NCBI GenBank assembly: GCA_051747985.1
Contig: JBNJGU010000001.1
Span: forward strand, 1 to 51,456
Source: Pseudomonadota bacterium
GTDB lineage: Bacteria; Pseudomonadota; Gammaproteobacteria; Pseudomonadales; Pseudohongiellaceae
Length of the DNA stretch: 51,456 nt
Reading direction: 5' to 3'
Below, one piece after another: positions 1 through 10,635 of this stretch. Made by a program: the position numbers and the translations under genes. The notes under the pieces are model-generated. The model was not told the origin of the DNA, did not search any database, and saw nothing but the letters and a program-made list of their open reading frames with translations. Each line of letters begins with the position of its first letter. Positions within the stretch are counted from its first letter, which is position 1.

Positions 1-1
1 G

Positions 2-1333
2 GCGCTGTTCAGTATCGACCTGAAGGGCGAATACGCCACGACGTTGATGGCCACCGGGGAGAACGGTGTCATCAGCAAGGTCAAGGAATTCCATGATCCA
101 GATTCACTGGAAGGCATGTACGCGGCCATCACCGACTACCTCGGATTCAACATGCTGGACGGAGCACCGAAGATCATGGGCCTGTCCACGTTCGGCGATC
201 CGGACAAGTATGATCTTTCAGACCTGATCGATTATTCCGGAAAAGGATTCCGCCTCAATACACAACTGGTCGGCACAGTGGGGCTGCGCCGCTACAAGCA
301 CAAGTCAAAGGGCCATTATTTCAGCCCCAAGTTGATCGAGATGCTGGGACCGAGGCGGGCCGGAGAGCTGTTCCAGGATCCCTATGTCCACTATGCGGCG
401 GCGGTGCAGAAGCTCTATGAAAAAGTGGCCACGTCACTGGTCACCCACTACCTGTCCGATACCATTAAGCAGAATGGAAAGCTGGTTGTTGCCGGGACGG
501 GTTCCTTTAACGTGAAACTCAACCAGCGGCTGAGGGAGCTGCCCTGGGTCGATGAAGTCTACGTTCACCCGGCTGCCGGCGATTCCGGCACGGCCATTGG
601 TGCGGCCGCCTGGGCGGCGGCCCGTCAACGTCAGACCATCAAGCCTGTGCGTGATTCGTTCTTCGGGCCGTCCTTCAGCACCACGCGTTGCTGGCAGGCC
701 TGTGACGAGCGTCGTGAGAAGTACAACCGGGAGAAACTGGATGATCCCGCCGAGGTCGCGGCCCGGCTGCTGTCGGAAGGTCATCTCGTGGCCTGGTTCC
801 AGGGACGGATGGAGTTCGGTCCCCGGGCGCTGGGACACCGGAGTATACTGGGTAACCCGGCGCAGTCGAAGATGATCGAGGCCATCAACAAGAAAATCAA
901 ATTCCGGGAGAGCTGGCGCTATTTTTCACCCAGCATGCTGGACTCGATCGCCAGAAAGGTGTTGAAAAACGACCATCCGGCCGACTATCTGACCATGACC
1001 TTCGATGTGGCCGAGGAATGGCGGGAGCGATTTCCCTCTCTGGCCTATCATGACGGGACCACGCGGGCGCATGTGGTCCACGAGGAAACCAATCCCCGGT
1101 TTCATGCGCTGCTGAAGGCCATGGAAGCCCGCACCGGCTATGGCATCGTTCTCAATACATCGCTCAATCGACCCGGCGAGGCGATGATCTGTTCCCCGGA
1201 GGATGCCCTGGAAATGTTCTTCGGCTCCGACCTGGAGTACCTGATCATGGAGAACGTACTGGTCACCAAGGTCGAGCGCGATGATGATCATGACCAGGAT
1301 CTGGAAGCGTACTTCAAAGACGACGATAGATGA
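2..1333 (+). CDS. Carbamoyltransferase, NodU/CmcH family (5' end lies outside the window)
   Basis: The frame is open from base 2; track ORF 44..1333 starts at an internal TTG. The translation carries family-typical blocks (VVAGTGSFNVKLNQRL, HPAAGDSGTAIGAA, FGPRALGHRSILGNP, NTSLNRPGEAMICSP). Its 3' end overlaps the convergent next gene by 20 nt. Confidence 0.85.
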   Translation, partial: ALFSIDLKGEYATTLMATGENGVISKVKEFHDPDSLEGMYAAITDYLGFNMLDGAPKIMGLSTFGDPDKYDLSDLIDYSGKGFRLNTQLVGTVGLRRYKHKSKGHYFSPKLIEMLGPRRAGELFQDPYVHYAAAVQKLYEKVATSLVTHYLSDTIKQNGKLVVAGTGSFNVKLNQRLRELPWVDEVYVHPAAGDSGTAIGAAAWAAARQRQTIKPVRDSFFGPSFSTTRCWQACDERREKYNREKLDDPAEVAARLLSEGHLVAWFQGRMEFGPRALGHRSILGNPAQSKMIEAINKKIKFRESWRYFSPSMLDSIARKVLKNDHPADYLTMTFDVAEEWRERFPSLAYHDGTTRAHVVHEETNPRFHALLKAMEARTGYGIVLNTSLNRPGEAMICSPEDALEMFFGSDLEYLIMENVLVTKVERDDDHDQDLEAYFKDDDR

Positions 1334-2816
1334 TGATGCGCGGCCCGCGGCGATCCTCGAAGCGGGCCAGTTCCCGGATCCGGCCCTGCTGCTCGGCTTC
1401 CCGCATGGCGGCGGACAATGTCGGCTGCCTTTCCACCACCAGCACCGTGCCGGCCGTGGAGTCCAGCAGCGCCTGGGCCGGCAGGTCGCGCCGGACCTGA
1501 TCATAGGCCTCGATGCGTCCGCTGCGCCAGGCGATATAACGCTCGTTGGTGCGTAGCGGAGTGTCGGCGTCGGTTTCCTGTTCCAGCCACTCGATCGTCG
1601 CCGGCAGCCACGTCTTCGGTTCGCCGAAGGTGATATGTGCATCGATGGCGCTGTAGGCCAGCAACAGACCGAACACCCAGGCGAAACGGCGCTGACGGCC
1701 GGTCTGCTCCGCGGCCGTCCAGATACGATCCATGATCAGGGGTACGAGCACCAGCAGCAGCATGGAGAAAAGCAGCGTATACCGTGTGGTCATGAAACGG
1801 GTGACCAGCGTGAAAAGCACCAGGATGGCCAGGCTGGTTACCAGCCAGGTGACCCAGGGACGGAAACAGACCCGCGGCAATGTCGGGGGGTGTCGCCACA
1901 TCCCGTAGCCGATGATGCCGACCGCGACGATGCCGAGACTTTCCAGCAGACGGGCAATCAACATGGCGGTCAGCCCGATGGTCAGGATCAGGCCCGTGTA
2001 CTCGGCCGAATGCCTTGCCGCGTGGTCCGTGAACATCGCCTCGGTCAGGGCGGCCTGGCCGCTACCCGATCCGTTCAGGACACTATCCAGAAACGGGCGG
2101 TATGTCCCGACCACGGTCCGCAGTCGTTCCCACAGATCCACGTCGGCCAGCAGGAATATCGCCAACACGGACATCAGCAACAGGGCCGTCATTCCCCAGA
2201 CCGGCAGCAGGCGCCGGAACCGTTGACGAAGAGGCTGCTCCGGGTGCGCCAGCAATGAAAGTGGCGTCAGCAGCAGAAGTGCGAGGGCTTCGGCCCGGAA
2301 CAGTGCGGCCGCTGCCAGCAGCGCGCAGCAGGCTGCCGCCCGGAGAACTCCGCCATGGCGGTAATAACGCAGCAGAAACCAGGCGGCCCACAGGGCCAGT
2401 CCAAGAAAGGCGATGTCGCGGATGATATAGAACCGGAACTCGTTCAGCAGGGGCCAGGCCAGTACAGTAACGGCCGCCAGCACGGTGACACGTGATGATG
2501 GACTGAATTCCCGTACCAGGTTGACGAAAGCGACCGTCACCACGGCATACCACAGCGCATTGAGCCATTGCGCCGCGGCGGGGAAATCCACGCCGGGAAG
2601 TTGTTGCACAAGACCGATCAGTACCGAATGCGTGGCCCACGGGTAATGCCTGAAGGCGGCCACCAGGCCATCTTCCACAAAAATCTCGGCCGTGCGCAGA
2701 TAGATGAAGCCATCTTCATTGGGCCCCTGACCCAGCATCACCGCCACCGCGGACAGCAGCAGGCTGCTCAGTGCGGCATGGAAGCGGACGTCACGGAGCA
2801 GCCACCAGAGGTTCAT
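1314..2816 (-). CDS. Polytopic inner-membrane protein, candidate GT-C-fold (ArnT/PMT-like) glycosyltransferase
   Basis: 500 aa with many hydrophobic helices. An acidic NEDG motif follows the first TM, and there is a soluble C-terminal tail of roughly 90 aa. Its ATG overlaps the lpxL stop (ATGA at 2813-2816), which implies translational coupling. Confidence 0.5.
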   Translation of the reverse strand: MNLWWLLRDVRFHAALSSLLLSAVAVMLGQGPNEDGFIYLRTAEIFVEDGLVAAFRHYPWATHSVLIGLVQQLPGVDFPAAAQWLNALWYAVVTVAFVNLVREFSPSSRVTVLAAVTVLAWPLLNEFRFYIIRDIAFLGLALWAAWFLLRYYRHGGVLRAAACCALLAAAALFRAEALALLLLTPLSLLAHPEQPLRQRFRRLLPVWGMTALLLMSVLAIFLLADVDLWERLRTVVGTYRPFLDSVLNGSGSGQAALTEAMFTDHAARHSAEYTGLILTIGLTAMLIARLLESLGIVAVGIIGYGMWRHPPTLPRVCFRPWVTWLVTSLAILVLFTLVTRFMTTRYTLLFSMLLLVLVPLIMDRIWTAAEQTGRQRRFAWVFGLLLAYSAIDAHITFGEPKTWLPATIEWLEQETDADTPLRTNERYIAWRSGRIEAYDQVRRDLPAQALLDSTAGTVLVVERQPTLSAAMREAEQQGRIRELARFEDRRGPRIIIYRRL

Positions 2817-3757
2817 GCGAGGCCCTTCCGGTGTTCTCTGTAGGGGTCGGGTGTGCCTTCCGGCCGTGTCTTGAAACGACGATGCAACCAGATGTATTGC
2901 TCGGGATGTCTGCGGATGGCGGCTTCGATCAGGCCGTTGATCCGGGTCGCGTCCTCGACATCATCCCCGGTGGGGTAGTTTTCCAGCGGCTCACTGAAAT
3001 ACAGTTCATAGCCCTGGTGGTCCGGCGTGCGGTAGTGCGCAAAGAAGATCACCGGTGAGTCGTTGTAGCGCGCGAACCGTGATGTCGCCGTGATCGTGGC
3101 GGCGGGCCGGTTGAAGAACGGTGCGAATATGGAATGCTTCGGTCCGTAGTCCTGGTCCGCCGCATACCACAGTGCGTGACCCTCGCGGAGACGGCGTAGC
3201 GCCAGGCGCACCTGCCTGCGTTCGACCACTGCGCCGAAATGCTGTTCCCTGCCACGTTTCATCAGCGCATCGAACAGCGGGTTCTTGTGGGCGCGGTAGG
3301 TGATGTCCACCGGGAACAACTGGGCGGTCAGCCCGCCGATCAGTTCCAGCGTGCAGAAGTGGGCGCTGACCAGCAGTACGCCGCGGCCCTGCGCGCGCGC
3401 CGCTTCGACATGCTCCACGCCATGTGCCGTGACCCGGTCCATAAATTCTTCCGGCCGACGATACCAGGACAGCCCGATTTCCATGATGCCCATGCCATTG
3501 GACAGGAAGGTGTCCTTCACCAGGCGTCGCTGCTGATCTTCCGACAGTTCGGGAAAGCACAGCGCGATGTTGGTCTCGCAGATCTGCCGACGACGGCGGG
3601 CGAAGTGATAGCTGAGCCGACCGATGTCGCGTCCGATCGCCATCTGCCAGCGGAATGGCAGTCTGGCGGCCAGCCAGATCGCGCCATGTGCCAGCCAGGT
3701 GGGCCAGAAACGGGGAGCCAGGTAATGACGGAATGATTGCGTGTCTGCCCGGGACAT
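2813..3757 (-). CDS. lpxL: Lipid A biosynthesis lauroyl (Kdo2-lipid IVA) acyltransferase
   Basis: Strong resemblance to E. coli LpxL/HtrB along its length (RFWPTWL..., ICETNIALCFPE, YRAHKNPLFD, WYAADQDYGPK, PEQYIWLHRRFKTRPEG). I start it at the internal ATG 3757 (MSRADTQSF...) rather than track start 3856, because the extra 33 aa are non-homologous. Confidence 0.9.
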   Translation of the reverse strand: MSRADTQSFRHYLAPRFWPTWLAHGAIWLAARLPFRWQMAIGRDIGRLSYHFARRRRQICETNIALCFPELSEDQQRRLVKDTFLSNGMGIMEIGLSWYRRPEEFMDRVTAHGVEHVEAARAQGRGVLLVSAHFCTLELIGGLTAQLFPVDITYRAHKNPLFDALMKRGREQHFGAVVERRQVRLALRRLREGHALWYAADQDYGPKHSIFAPFFNRPAATITATSRFARYNDSPVIFFAHYRTPDHQGYELYFSEPLENYPTGDDVEDATRINGLIEAAIRRHPEQYIWLHRRFKTRPEGTPDPYREHRKGLA

Positions 3758-3808
3758 CGTGATGGAATACTCATGCTGCGGGGGTCGGCGGCATTGTAGC
3801 AGACTGCA

Positions 3809-3817
3809 TGCTATGAT
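3809..3817 (+). promoter_or_regulatory. Possible extended -10 promoter element (TGcTATGAT) for hldE
   Basis: TGCTATGAT lies about 33 nt upstream of the hldE ATG, in the 92-nt divergent lpxL/hldE intergenic region. I found no convincing -35 element. Confidence 0.25.
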
Positions 3818-3849
3818 GCGCTTTTGCGACAGGCAAGGAACAAAGCGGA

Positions 3850-5295
3850 ATGACACTGGAGCTGCCCCCTTTTCAGCAGGCCCGCGTGCTGGTCGTGGGC
3901 GATGTCATGCTGGACCGGTACTGGCATGGCAGCACGTCGCGCATTTCCCCCGAGGCACCCGTCCCCATCGTTCGTGTCGGAGGTAGCGAGGACCGTCCCG
4001 GGGGCGCGGCCAATGTGGCGCTGAACATTGCGGCGCTTGGCGGAGCCGCCACGCTGGGTGGCATCACCGGAGCGGATGAGGCGGCCGATACCCTGGACGG
4101 GCGTCTGCGGGCCGCCGGAGTGCAATGCGAGTTCCGCCGTTCCGGTTCCGCTCCGACCATCACCAAGTTGCGTGTCATCAGCCGCCAGCAACAGCTGCTG
4201 CGTGCCGACTTCGAGGAACCGTTCGCGCCAGAGGATGTCGAGTCGGTGACCCGGCGGGCTCTGCGGTTGATGCCGGACGCCGGCGCACTGATCCTGTCCG
4301 ATTATGGCAAGGGCGCACTGGGTCATCCGGACCGGTTGATCGAGGCTGCCGTGCGGCAGGGCATTCCCGTGATCGTCGATCCCAAGGGGCATGATTTCGG
4401 CCGCTACCGTGGGGCCACCGTGCTGACCCCGAATCTGTCCGAGTTCGAGGCCGTGGCCGGTGTCAGCCACAGCGAGGCCGCGCTGGTGCACAAAGGCCAG
4501 GCCATGCTGGAGGCATTGTCGCTGCAGGCGCTGCTGATCACCCGTGGCGAACAGGGCATGACCCTGCTGCGGGCCGGACAGCCCGAGTTCCACCTGCCGG
4601 CGCGGGCCCGGGAAGTGTTCGATGTCACCGGCGCGGGCGACACGGTGGTCTCGGTGCTGGCCGCCGCGCTGGCCGCCGGCGGCACACTGGAACAGGGCAC
4701 GGCCCTGGCCAACATCGCTGCCGGACTGGCCGTGGGCCGTCTCGGCACGGCCGCCATCAGTGCTCCCGAGCTGCGCCGGGCCGTGCAGCTGGAGCAGGGC
4801 AGCGCCCGCGGCGTGATGAGTGCGGAACAGCTGGCGGTTGCAGTGGAGGATGCCCGCGCCCATGGTGAGCGGATCGTGTTCACCAATGGCTGTTTCGACA
4901 TCATCCATGCCGGTCATGTCGGGTACCTGGCGGAAGCACGCAGGCTGGGCGACCGCCTGGTCGTGGCCGTCAATGATGATGCCTCGGTGCGTCGCCTGAA
5001 GGGCCGTGGCCGTCCGGTCAATCCGCTGGAGCGCCGCATGGCGGTGCTGTCCGGGCTGGAGGCCGTGGACTGGGTGGTGGGTTTCGCCGAGGACACGCCG
5101 GAACCGTTACTGGCCCGGCTACAGCCAGAGGTGCTGGTCAAGGGGGGCGACTACAGTGAAGAGGAGGTGGTCGGGGCTGGCTATGTCCGTGAATACGGTG
5201 GTGAGGTGAGGGTGCTGGCGTTTCTGGACGACTGTTCCACCTCGGCCATCGTACATCGGTTATCGACCGGCGCGGACGGATCAGAGCAGTCGTGA
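3850..5295 (+). CDS. hldE: Bifunctional D-beta-D-heptose 7-phosphate kinase / D-beta-D-heptose 1-phosphate adenylyltransferase
   Basis: 481 aa. The N-terminal ribokinase-like domain ([34 protein letters not shown]) and the C-terminal cytidylyltransferase domain ([17 protein letters not shown]) match E. coli HldE/RfaE. Confidence 0.95.
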   Translation: MTLELPPFQQARVLVVGDVMLDRYWHGSTSRISPEAPVPIVRVGGSEDRPGGAANVALNIAALGGAATLGGITGADEAADTLDGRLRAAGVQCEFRRSGSAPTITKLRVISRQQQLLRADFEEPFAPEDVESVTRRALRLMPDAGALILSDYGKGALGHPDRLIEAAVRQGIPVIVDPKGHDFGRYRGATVLTPNLSEFEAVAGVSHSEAALVHKGQAMLEALSLQALLITRGEQGMTLLRAGQPEFHLPARAREVFDVTGAGDTVVSVLAAALAAGGTLEQGTALANIAAGLAVGRLGTAAISAPELRRAVQLEQGSARGVMSAEQLAVAVEDARAHGERIVFTNGCFDIIHAGHVGYLAEARRLGDRLVVAVNDDASVRRLKGRGRPVNPLERRMAVLSGLEAVDWVVGFAEDTPEPLLARLQPEVLVKGGDYSEEEVVGAGYVREYGGEVRVLAFLDDCSTSAIVHRLSTGADGSEQS

Positions 5296-5646
5296 GCCCA
5301 ACGGGACGTCGGCGTCCGGGACGCAAAGTACCACTTCGCCGTTTTCATTGTGAAAGCCGGTCACCAGACATTCGGAGCGCATCGGTCCGATCTGTCTGGG
5401 CGGGAAATTGACCACCGCCACCACCTGGCGACCCAGCAGATCCTCCGGCTGATAGAGGTCGGTGATCCGTGCACTGGATTTGCGCACACCGATCTCCTCA
5501 CCGAAATCCACCATCAGGATCCAGGCCGGTTTGCGCGCTTCCGGGAAAGACTGCACGTCCCGGATGCGTCCGATCCGCAACTCCACGCGCATGAAATCAT
5601 CCCAGCTGATGGTTTCCCCGATGCCCATCTCATCCTCTCCTGTCAT
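5281..5646 (-). CDS. tRNA-binding domain protein (CsaA/YgjH-like)
   Basis: The C-terminal roughly 110 aa match the OB-fold tRNA-binding domain ([12 protein letters not shown]...[11 protein letters not shown]...[17 protein letters not shown]). I start it at internal ATG 5646; ATG 5628 is also possible. The longer track ORF would overlap the divergent receptor gene. Confidence 0.8.
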   Translation of the reverse strand: MTGEDEMGIGETISWDDFMRVELRIGRIRDVQSFPEARKPAWILMVDFGEEIGVRKSSARITDLYQPEDLLGRQVVAVVNFPPRQIGPMRSECLVTGFHNENGEVVLCVPDADVPLGSRLL

Positions 5647-5730
5647 TGTGGCGTATCCCGTCAGTGAAGCGTGCCCGTCTGTGTAACAGTAGCGCATTTC
5701 GGTACTCTTTACAGCCGTCCCCTTACTACC

Positions 5731-8250
5731 ATGAATCGCAGAGTAATCGAGCTTATGGAGCAGTACAGACAACGGAAACGAGCACTGATCACACTGATTG
5801 CCGTGCCTGCCGCCATGGTGATCGGCGGCGCCCCTGTGCCGACGCTGGCCCAGGAAAATGTCGATATGGGAACCCTTGTGGTGGTCGGCAACCGCACCGC
5901 GCCGCGCACGGCGCTGGACTCCACCGCGCCGGTGGACGTGTTCGGCAGCGAGTCATTGGGTACCCCGGGTGCCATGGGCAATGAACTGGGCGAGGCGCTG
6001 TCTTCGCTGGCGCCGTCCTTCAGTTTTCCCCGGCAGTCCAATTCTGTGACATCCGACCACATCCGCGCGGCCCGGCTCCGTAATCTGTCGCCCGACCAGG
6101 TGCTGGTACTGGTCAATGGCAAGCGCCGCCATCCTTCGGCCGTGGTCAATGACAACACCACCTTCGGCAAGGGCAGCAATGCCTTCGATTTCAATACCGT
6201 GCCGCTGTCCGCGGTCGAACGGGTCGAGATCCTGCGCGACGGCGCCAGTGCACAGTATGGTTCCGATGCCGTGGCGGGTGTCATCAACATCATCCTCAAG
6301 GATCAACCCGAGGGTGGCTCGGTCACGGTGGGCGGTGGCCAGCACATCAGCGACTTTCCGGTCACCGGTGATACCGTTACCGACGGGCAGACGGCCTTCG
6401 CCACGGCCCAGCAGGGCTGGCAGCTGGGGCAAAATGGTTTCCTGCGCGCCGGTGCCGAGTTGCGCAGCCGCCGCACCACCAATCGTGCCGGACTCAACCG
6501 GGTGCCTGCCTTCGTGGCGCCACAGACCCGGGACAATCTGGCCTTCCAGGGGCAGCAGACCAGCCGCTCCGGCGATCCCGATTCACAGGAGCTGCGTCTG
6601 TGGGGTAACGGTGGCTGGCAATGGGGCGAGGCTGATGGCTATGCCACCGTGACCTGGCTGGAACAGGATACCGAGGGTGCCGTGCTGTTCCGTCACCCCG
6701 ATTCCAATCAGAACGTCAAGGCCCTGTATCCGGAAGGTACCCTGCCCGTCTCGACCGGCGAGAACCGCGATGTGGCAGGCACCGTGGGTCTGCGATTCGA
6801 TGTCGGCGGGTGGGCGCTGGACGGCAGTCTCGGCTATGGCCGCAACCGCTTCGATTTCGGTGTCAGGGATTCCCTGAACGCCTCGTTGGGGCCCGACAGT
6901 CCCACCGCCTTCGACTCCGGTCGGTTCCGCCTGCAACAGCTCAATCTGCAGCTGGATGCCCGTCGTCAGGTCCGCGTCGGGGCCCTGCCGGTCTCGATCG
7001 CGGCCGGCGCCGCCGTGCGCCGGGAGGATTTCGACAGCCGTGCCGGTGAGCCGGCGTCCTGGCGGGCAGGGGATTTCCGCTACAGCGGAGATGTGGTGCT
7101 GGCCGATGGCAGTCGCGTCGAACGCGCCTCCCTGCTGGGAGCGCCCGACATCGGGGCCCAGGGCGCCAAGGGCCTGACGCCCGAGGATGCCACCTCACTG
7201 GACCGCGTTGTCGGCAGCCTCTACGTCGAGGCGTCCTCCCAGCTCACCGACCGGTTCTACGGCAGCGTCGCCACCCGCTACGAGGACTATGATGATTTCG
7301 GGGACGCCGTCACCGGCAAGCTGAGCGGTATCTGGTCGTTGACCGGGAGCTGGTCGCTGCGCGGGTCGGTGTCCAACAGCTTCCGGGCGCCGACCCTGAG
7401 CCAGCTGGCCTGGTCTCGCAGTGACAATACCTTCGACGCGGATACCTTCGAGCGCATCGCCTCCCGCCTGATCCGGGCTGATTCGGCCATTGGTCGCGCG
7501 CTCTCCCTGCCGACACTGGACAAGGAAGACGCAGTGAACCTCTCTCTGGGCGTTACGGCCCGACCGACGGATGCGCTCAACCTGAGCCTGGACCTGTTCC
7601 GCATCGATATTGATGACCGGATCACCGTGTCCGAAAGTCTTCAGGGGCAGGCGCTGATCGATCGGGTACAGGCATTGCCCGGTGGAGAAGGCGTACAGTC
7701 GGTCAATTTCTTCACCAATGCCATCGATACCCGCTCGGATGGCGCGGAGCTGGTGGTCGACTGGCGATCTCCGCTGGCGGGGGGCGAGCTGGGGCTGAAC
7801 CTGGCCTGGAGTTATGTCGATACCGACATTCAAGCGCTGCGACAGCCACCGGACTCGCTGCGGGCCATCGATCCGGAGATCAGTCTGTTCCAGGCCGAGG
7901 CCACCAACGTGCTGACGACCGCCAGTCCCGAGCATCAGGCGGTGCTGACCGGAACCTGGCGTCACGGCCCGTTTCAGACGCTGCTGCGGGCGCGGCACCA
8001 TGGTAGCGTGTATCGTGACCGGGGCTTTGCCGCGCAGACTTTCCGCGCCGACACGCTGGTGGACCTGTCGCTGCAGTATCAGCTGTCGGAACAGTGGTCG
8101 GTGAGCGTGGGCGCCGACAACCTGTTCGACCGACTGTCCGAACCCAGTGGGCCGTCTCTGGATTTCGGCGGCAACTTCGCCTTTGAAGTGTTGCCGCCGG
8201 CCGGTGCCAATGGCCGATTCGTCCATATGCATGTGGATTATCGATACTAG
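5731..8250 (+). CDS. TonB-dependent outer-membrane receptor
   Basis: Signal peptide, then a plug domain (DVFGSE..., [27 protein letters not shown]-type block), a long beta-barrel region and an aromatic C-terminus. The start is set at ATG 5731 (MNRRVIEL...). Confidence 0.9.
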   Translation: MNRRVIELMEQYRQRKRALITLIAVPAAMVIGGAPVPTLAQENVDMGTLVVVGNRTAPRTALDSTAPVDVFGSESLGTPGAMGNELGEALSSLAPSFSFPRQSNSVTSDHIRAARLRNLSPDQVLVLVNGKRRHPSAVVNDNTTFGKGSNAFDFNTVPLSAVERVEILRDGASAQYGSDAVAGVINIILKDQPEGGSVTVGGGQHISDFPVTGDTVTDGQTAFATAQQGWQLGQNGFLRAGAELRSRRTTNRAGLNRVPAFVAPQTRDNLAFQGQQTSRSGDPDSQELRLWGNGGWQWGEADGYATVTWLEQDTEGAVLFRHPDSNQNVKALYPEGTLPVSTGENRDVAGTVGLRFDVGGWALDGSLGYGRNRFDFGVRDSLNASLGPDSPTAFDSGRFRLQQLNLQLDARRQVRVGALPVSIAAGAAVRREDFDSRAGEPASWRAGDFRYSGDVVLADGSRVERASLLGAPDIGAQGAKGLTPEDATSLDRVVGSLYVEASSQLTDRFYGSVATRYEDYDDFGDAVTGKLSGIWSLTGSWSLRGSVSNSFRAPTLSQLAWSRSDNTFDADTFERIASRLIRADSAIGRALSLPTLDKEDAVNLSLGVTARPTDALNLSLDLFRIDIDDRITVSESLQGQALIDRVQALPGGEGVQSVNFFTNAIDTRSDGAELVVDWRSPLAGGELGLNLAWSYVDTDIQALRQPPDSLRAIDPEISLFQAEATNVLTTASPEHQAVLTGTWRHGPFQTLLRARHHGSVYRDRGFAAQTFRADTLVDLSLQYQLSEQWSVSVGADNLFDRLSEPSGPSLDFGGNFAFEVLPPAGANGRFVHMHVDYRY

Positions 8251-8297
8251 CGACGGTATGCTGACGCCATCGCTCAACCACCACGGGGAGACAGAGG

Positions 8298-8876
8298 ATG
8301 GCGGTACTGATCATCGGATTGCTGGTGTTTCTGGGAGTGCATTCGACACGCCTTTTTGCGCCACAGTGGCGCGCCGCGCAGATCGAGAAGCGCGGCGAGA
8401 AGGCCTGGAAGGGGATCTACGGACTCATCGCCATTCTGGGCCTGGTGTTGATCGTCATCGGCTATGGCGAGGCGCGCATGGATCCGGTCTTCCTCTGGAA
8501 CCCGCCACTCTGGACCCGCCACCTGTCCATGGTGCTGACCCTGCCGGTGTTCGTGCTGGTCGCCGCTGCCTATGTGCCGGCCAACAGCCTGCGCGTGAAG
8601 CTGGGCCATCCGATGCTGGTCGGCGTCAAGGTATGGGCGCTGGCCCACCTGCTTGCCAATGGCACCCTGGCCGATCTGCTGCTGTTCGGCGGTTTTCTGG
8701 CCTGGTCGGTCGCCTGTTTCGCGGTGTTCCGACGCCGTGATCGGGCCGCCGGAGTGAGCCACGCCGCCGGCACCCTGTCCGGCAATGCCATCACCGTGGT
8801 CTCCGGTCTGGTGGCCTGGGTCCTGTTCGTGTTGTTCCTGCACGAGTGGTTGATCGGTGTCAGTCCGATCTCCTGA
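8298..8876 (+). CDS. NnrU family membrane protein
   Basis: 192 aa, 5-6 TM helices, and an N-terminus typical of NnrU proteins (LIIGLLVFLGVHSTRLFAPQWR). Confidence 0.75.
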   Translation: MAVLIIGLLVFLGVHSTRLFAPQWRAAQIEKRGEKAWKGIYGLIAILGLVLIVIGYGEARMDPVFLWNPPLWTRHLSMVLTLPVFVLVAAAYVPANSLRVKLGHPMLVGVKVWALAHLLANGTLADLLLFGGFLAWSVACFAVFRRRDRAAGVSHAAGTLSGNAITVVSGLVAWVLFVLFLHEWLIGVSPIS

Positions 8877-8885
8877 GGAGTTGTA

Positions 8886-9836
8886 ATGAGTAAACTGGAT
8901 GCCCTGAAGACAATGACCACCGTGGTGGCCGATACCGGCGATGTCGAGGCGATCCGCCAGTATGCCCCGCGCGATGCCACCACCAATCCCTCCCTGTTGC
9001 TGAAGGCGGCGCAGCAGCCGCAGTATGAGCAGCTCATCTCCGACGCGCTGCGGTATGGACAGGCGCAGGGCGGGGATGCCGAACAGCAGCTGGATGCGGC
9101 CATGGACAAACTGGCCGTGAATTTCGGCGCGCGGATCAGCGAGATCGTACCGGGGCATGTGTCCACGGAGGTCGATGCCCGGCTGTCCTTCGACACCGAG
9201 GCCACGGTGGAGAAGGCGCGTCGTCTGATCGCGCTGTACCGGGAAGCCGGTGTTGACACCTCCCGTATCCTGATCAAGATCGCCTCTACCTGGGAAGGCA
9301 TCCGGGCCGCCGAGCGGCTGGAGCGGGAAGGCATACACTGCAACCTGACCCTGCTGTTCAGTTTCCATCAGGCGGTGGCCTGCGCGGAAGCGGGGGCGTA
9401 CCTGGTATCGCCCTTCGTCGGGCGCATCCTGGACTGGTACCGTGGCAGCACGGGACAGGAATACTCTCCCGAAACCGACCCGGGTGTGTTGTCCGTGCAG
9501 CGGATCTACCGCTACTACAAGAAGCACGGCTATCAGACCATCGTCATGGGCGCCAGTTTCCGCAATAGTGGGGAAATCGAACAGCTGGCCGGTTGTGACC
9601 GCCTCACCATCAGTCCGGCGCTGCTGGACGAGCTGGCCCACGACAATGGCCCGCTGTATCCGGCACTGGACCCGTCCCAGGCCAGTGACGACCCGAAGCT
9701 GGAGCTGGATGAAGCCACGTTCCGCTGGCAGTTGAACGAGGACGCCATGGCCACCGAAAAGCTGGCCGATGGCATCCGGCGTTTCCATGCCGACTACCTG
9801 GCGCTGCGCGATGTACTGAAAATGCAGATGGTGTGA
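8886..9836 (+). CDS. tal: Transaldolase B
   Basis: 316 aa with clear TalB-type sequence ([54 protein letters not shown]). Confidence 0.95.
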   Translation: MSKLDALKTMTTVVADTGDVEAIRQYAPRDATTNPSLLLKAAQQPQYEQLISDALRYGQAQGGDAEQQLDAAMDKLAVNFGARISEIVPGHVSTEVDARLSFDTEATVEKARRLIALYREAGVDTSRILIKIASTWEGIRAAERLEREGIHCNLTLLFSFHQAVACAEAGAYLVSPFVGRILDWYRGSTGQEYSPETDPGVLSVQRIYRYYKKHGYQTIVMGASFRNSGEIEQLAGCDRLTISPALLDELAHDNGPLYPALDPSQASDDPKLELDEATFRWQLNEDAMATEKLADGIRRFHADYLALRDVLKMQMV

Positions 9837-9980
9837 GCCGTCTTATCGGTTTTGTTGTTCTTTCCGGGCCACTATTTCCGCCCATCTCCCTGTCCTTCCG
9901 ACATATCGTGGCACTGTATCAGATGTCAGGGGAAACCGGCTTCCGCCGGACCCTCGGCGAAACGGACAGAGGAGTAATCT

Positions 9981-10580
9981 ATGGTAAAGGTACTGGTTCT
10001 ATATCATTCCATGTATGGACACATTGAAACCATGGCGCAGGCCGTGGCGGAAGGGGCTCGCTCGGTGGAAGGGGCACAGGTCACGATCAAGCGCGTGCCG
10101 GAGACCATGGACGCGGAGGCGTTCAAGGCAGCCGGTGGCAAGACCGATCAGGCCGCTGATGTGGCCTCGCCACAGGAGTTGGCCGACTATGATGCCATCA
10201 TCCTGGGCGTGCCCACGCGCTTTGGCAATATGTCCGGGCAGATGCGCAACTTTTTCGATCAGACCGGTGGTCTCTGGGCCAAGGGTGCCCTTGGCGGCAA
10301 GGTGGCCAGTGTGTTCACTTCCACGGGCACCGGCGGGGGCGAGGAAATGACCATCACTTCCACCTGGACCACGCTGGCCCACCACGGCATGACCATCGTG
10401 CCGATCGGCTACATGACCGGGGAATTGTTCGACATTTCGCAGGTCAGCGGCGGCACGCCCTATGGCGCATCAACACTGGCCGGTGGCGACGGCTCGCGTC
10501 AGCCGGATGAGCGTGAACTGGCCATCGCCCGATTCCAGGGCCGTCATGTGACCGGGGTGGCCAGCCGACAGGTCGCCTGA
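9981..10580 (+). CDS. wrbA: NAD(P)H:quinone oxidoreductase, WrbA type (flavodoxin-like)
   Basis: 199 aa. [19 protein letters not shown]..., PTRFGNM and GGQE-like blocks closely follow E. coli WrbA. Confidence 0.95.
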   Translation: MVKVLVLYHSMYGHIETMAQAVAEGARSVEGAQVTIKRVPETMDAEAFKAAGGKTDQAADVASPQELADYDAIILGVPTRFGNMSGQMRNFFDQTGGLWAKGALGGKVASVFTSTGTGGGEEMTITSTWTTLAHHGMTIVPIGYMTGELFDISQVSGGTPYGASTLAGGDGSRQPDERELAIARFQGRHVTGVASRQVA

Positions 10581-10590
10581 ACCCCGAATC

Positions 10591-10628
10591 GTGGTAGCCT
10601 TACGGGCTGTGACCACATGATTTTGGGG
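10591..10628 (+). terminator. Possible weak intrinsic terminator after wrbA
   Basis: Imperfect hairpin GTGGTAGCC-TTAC-GGGCTGTGACCAC followed by ATGATTTTG. It sits between the wrbA stop and the sppA ribosome-binding site. The stem has a bulge and the T-tract is short. Confidence 0.3.
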
Positions 10629-10635
10629 GAATTCC

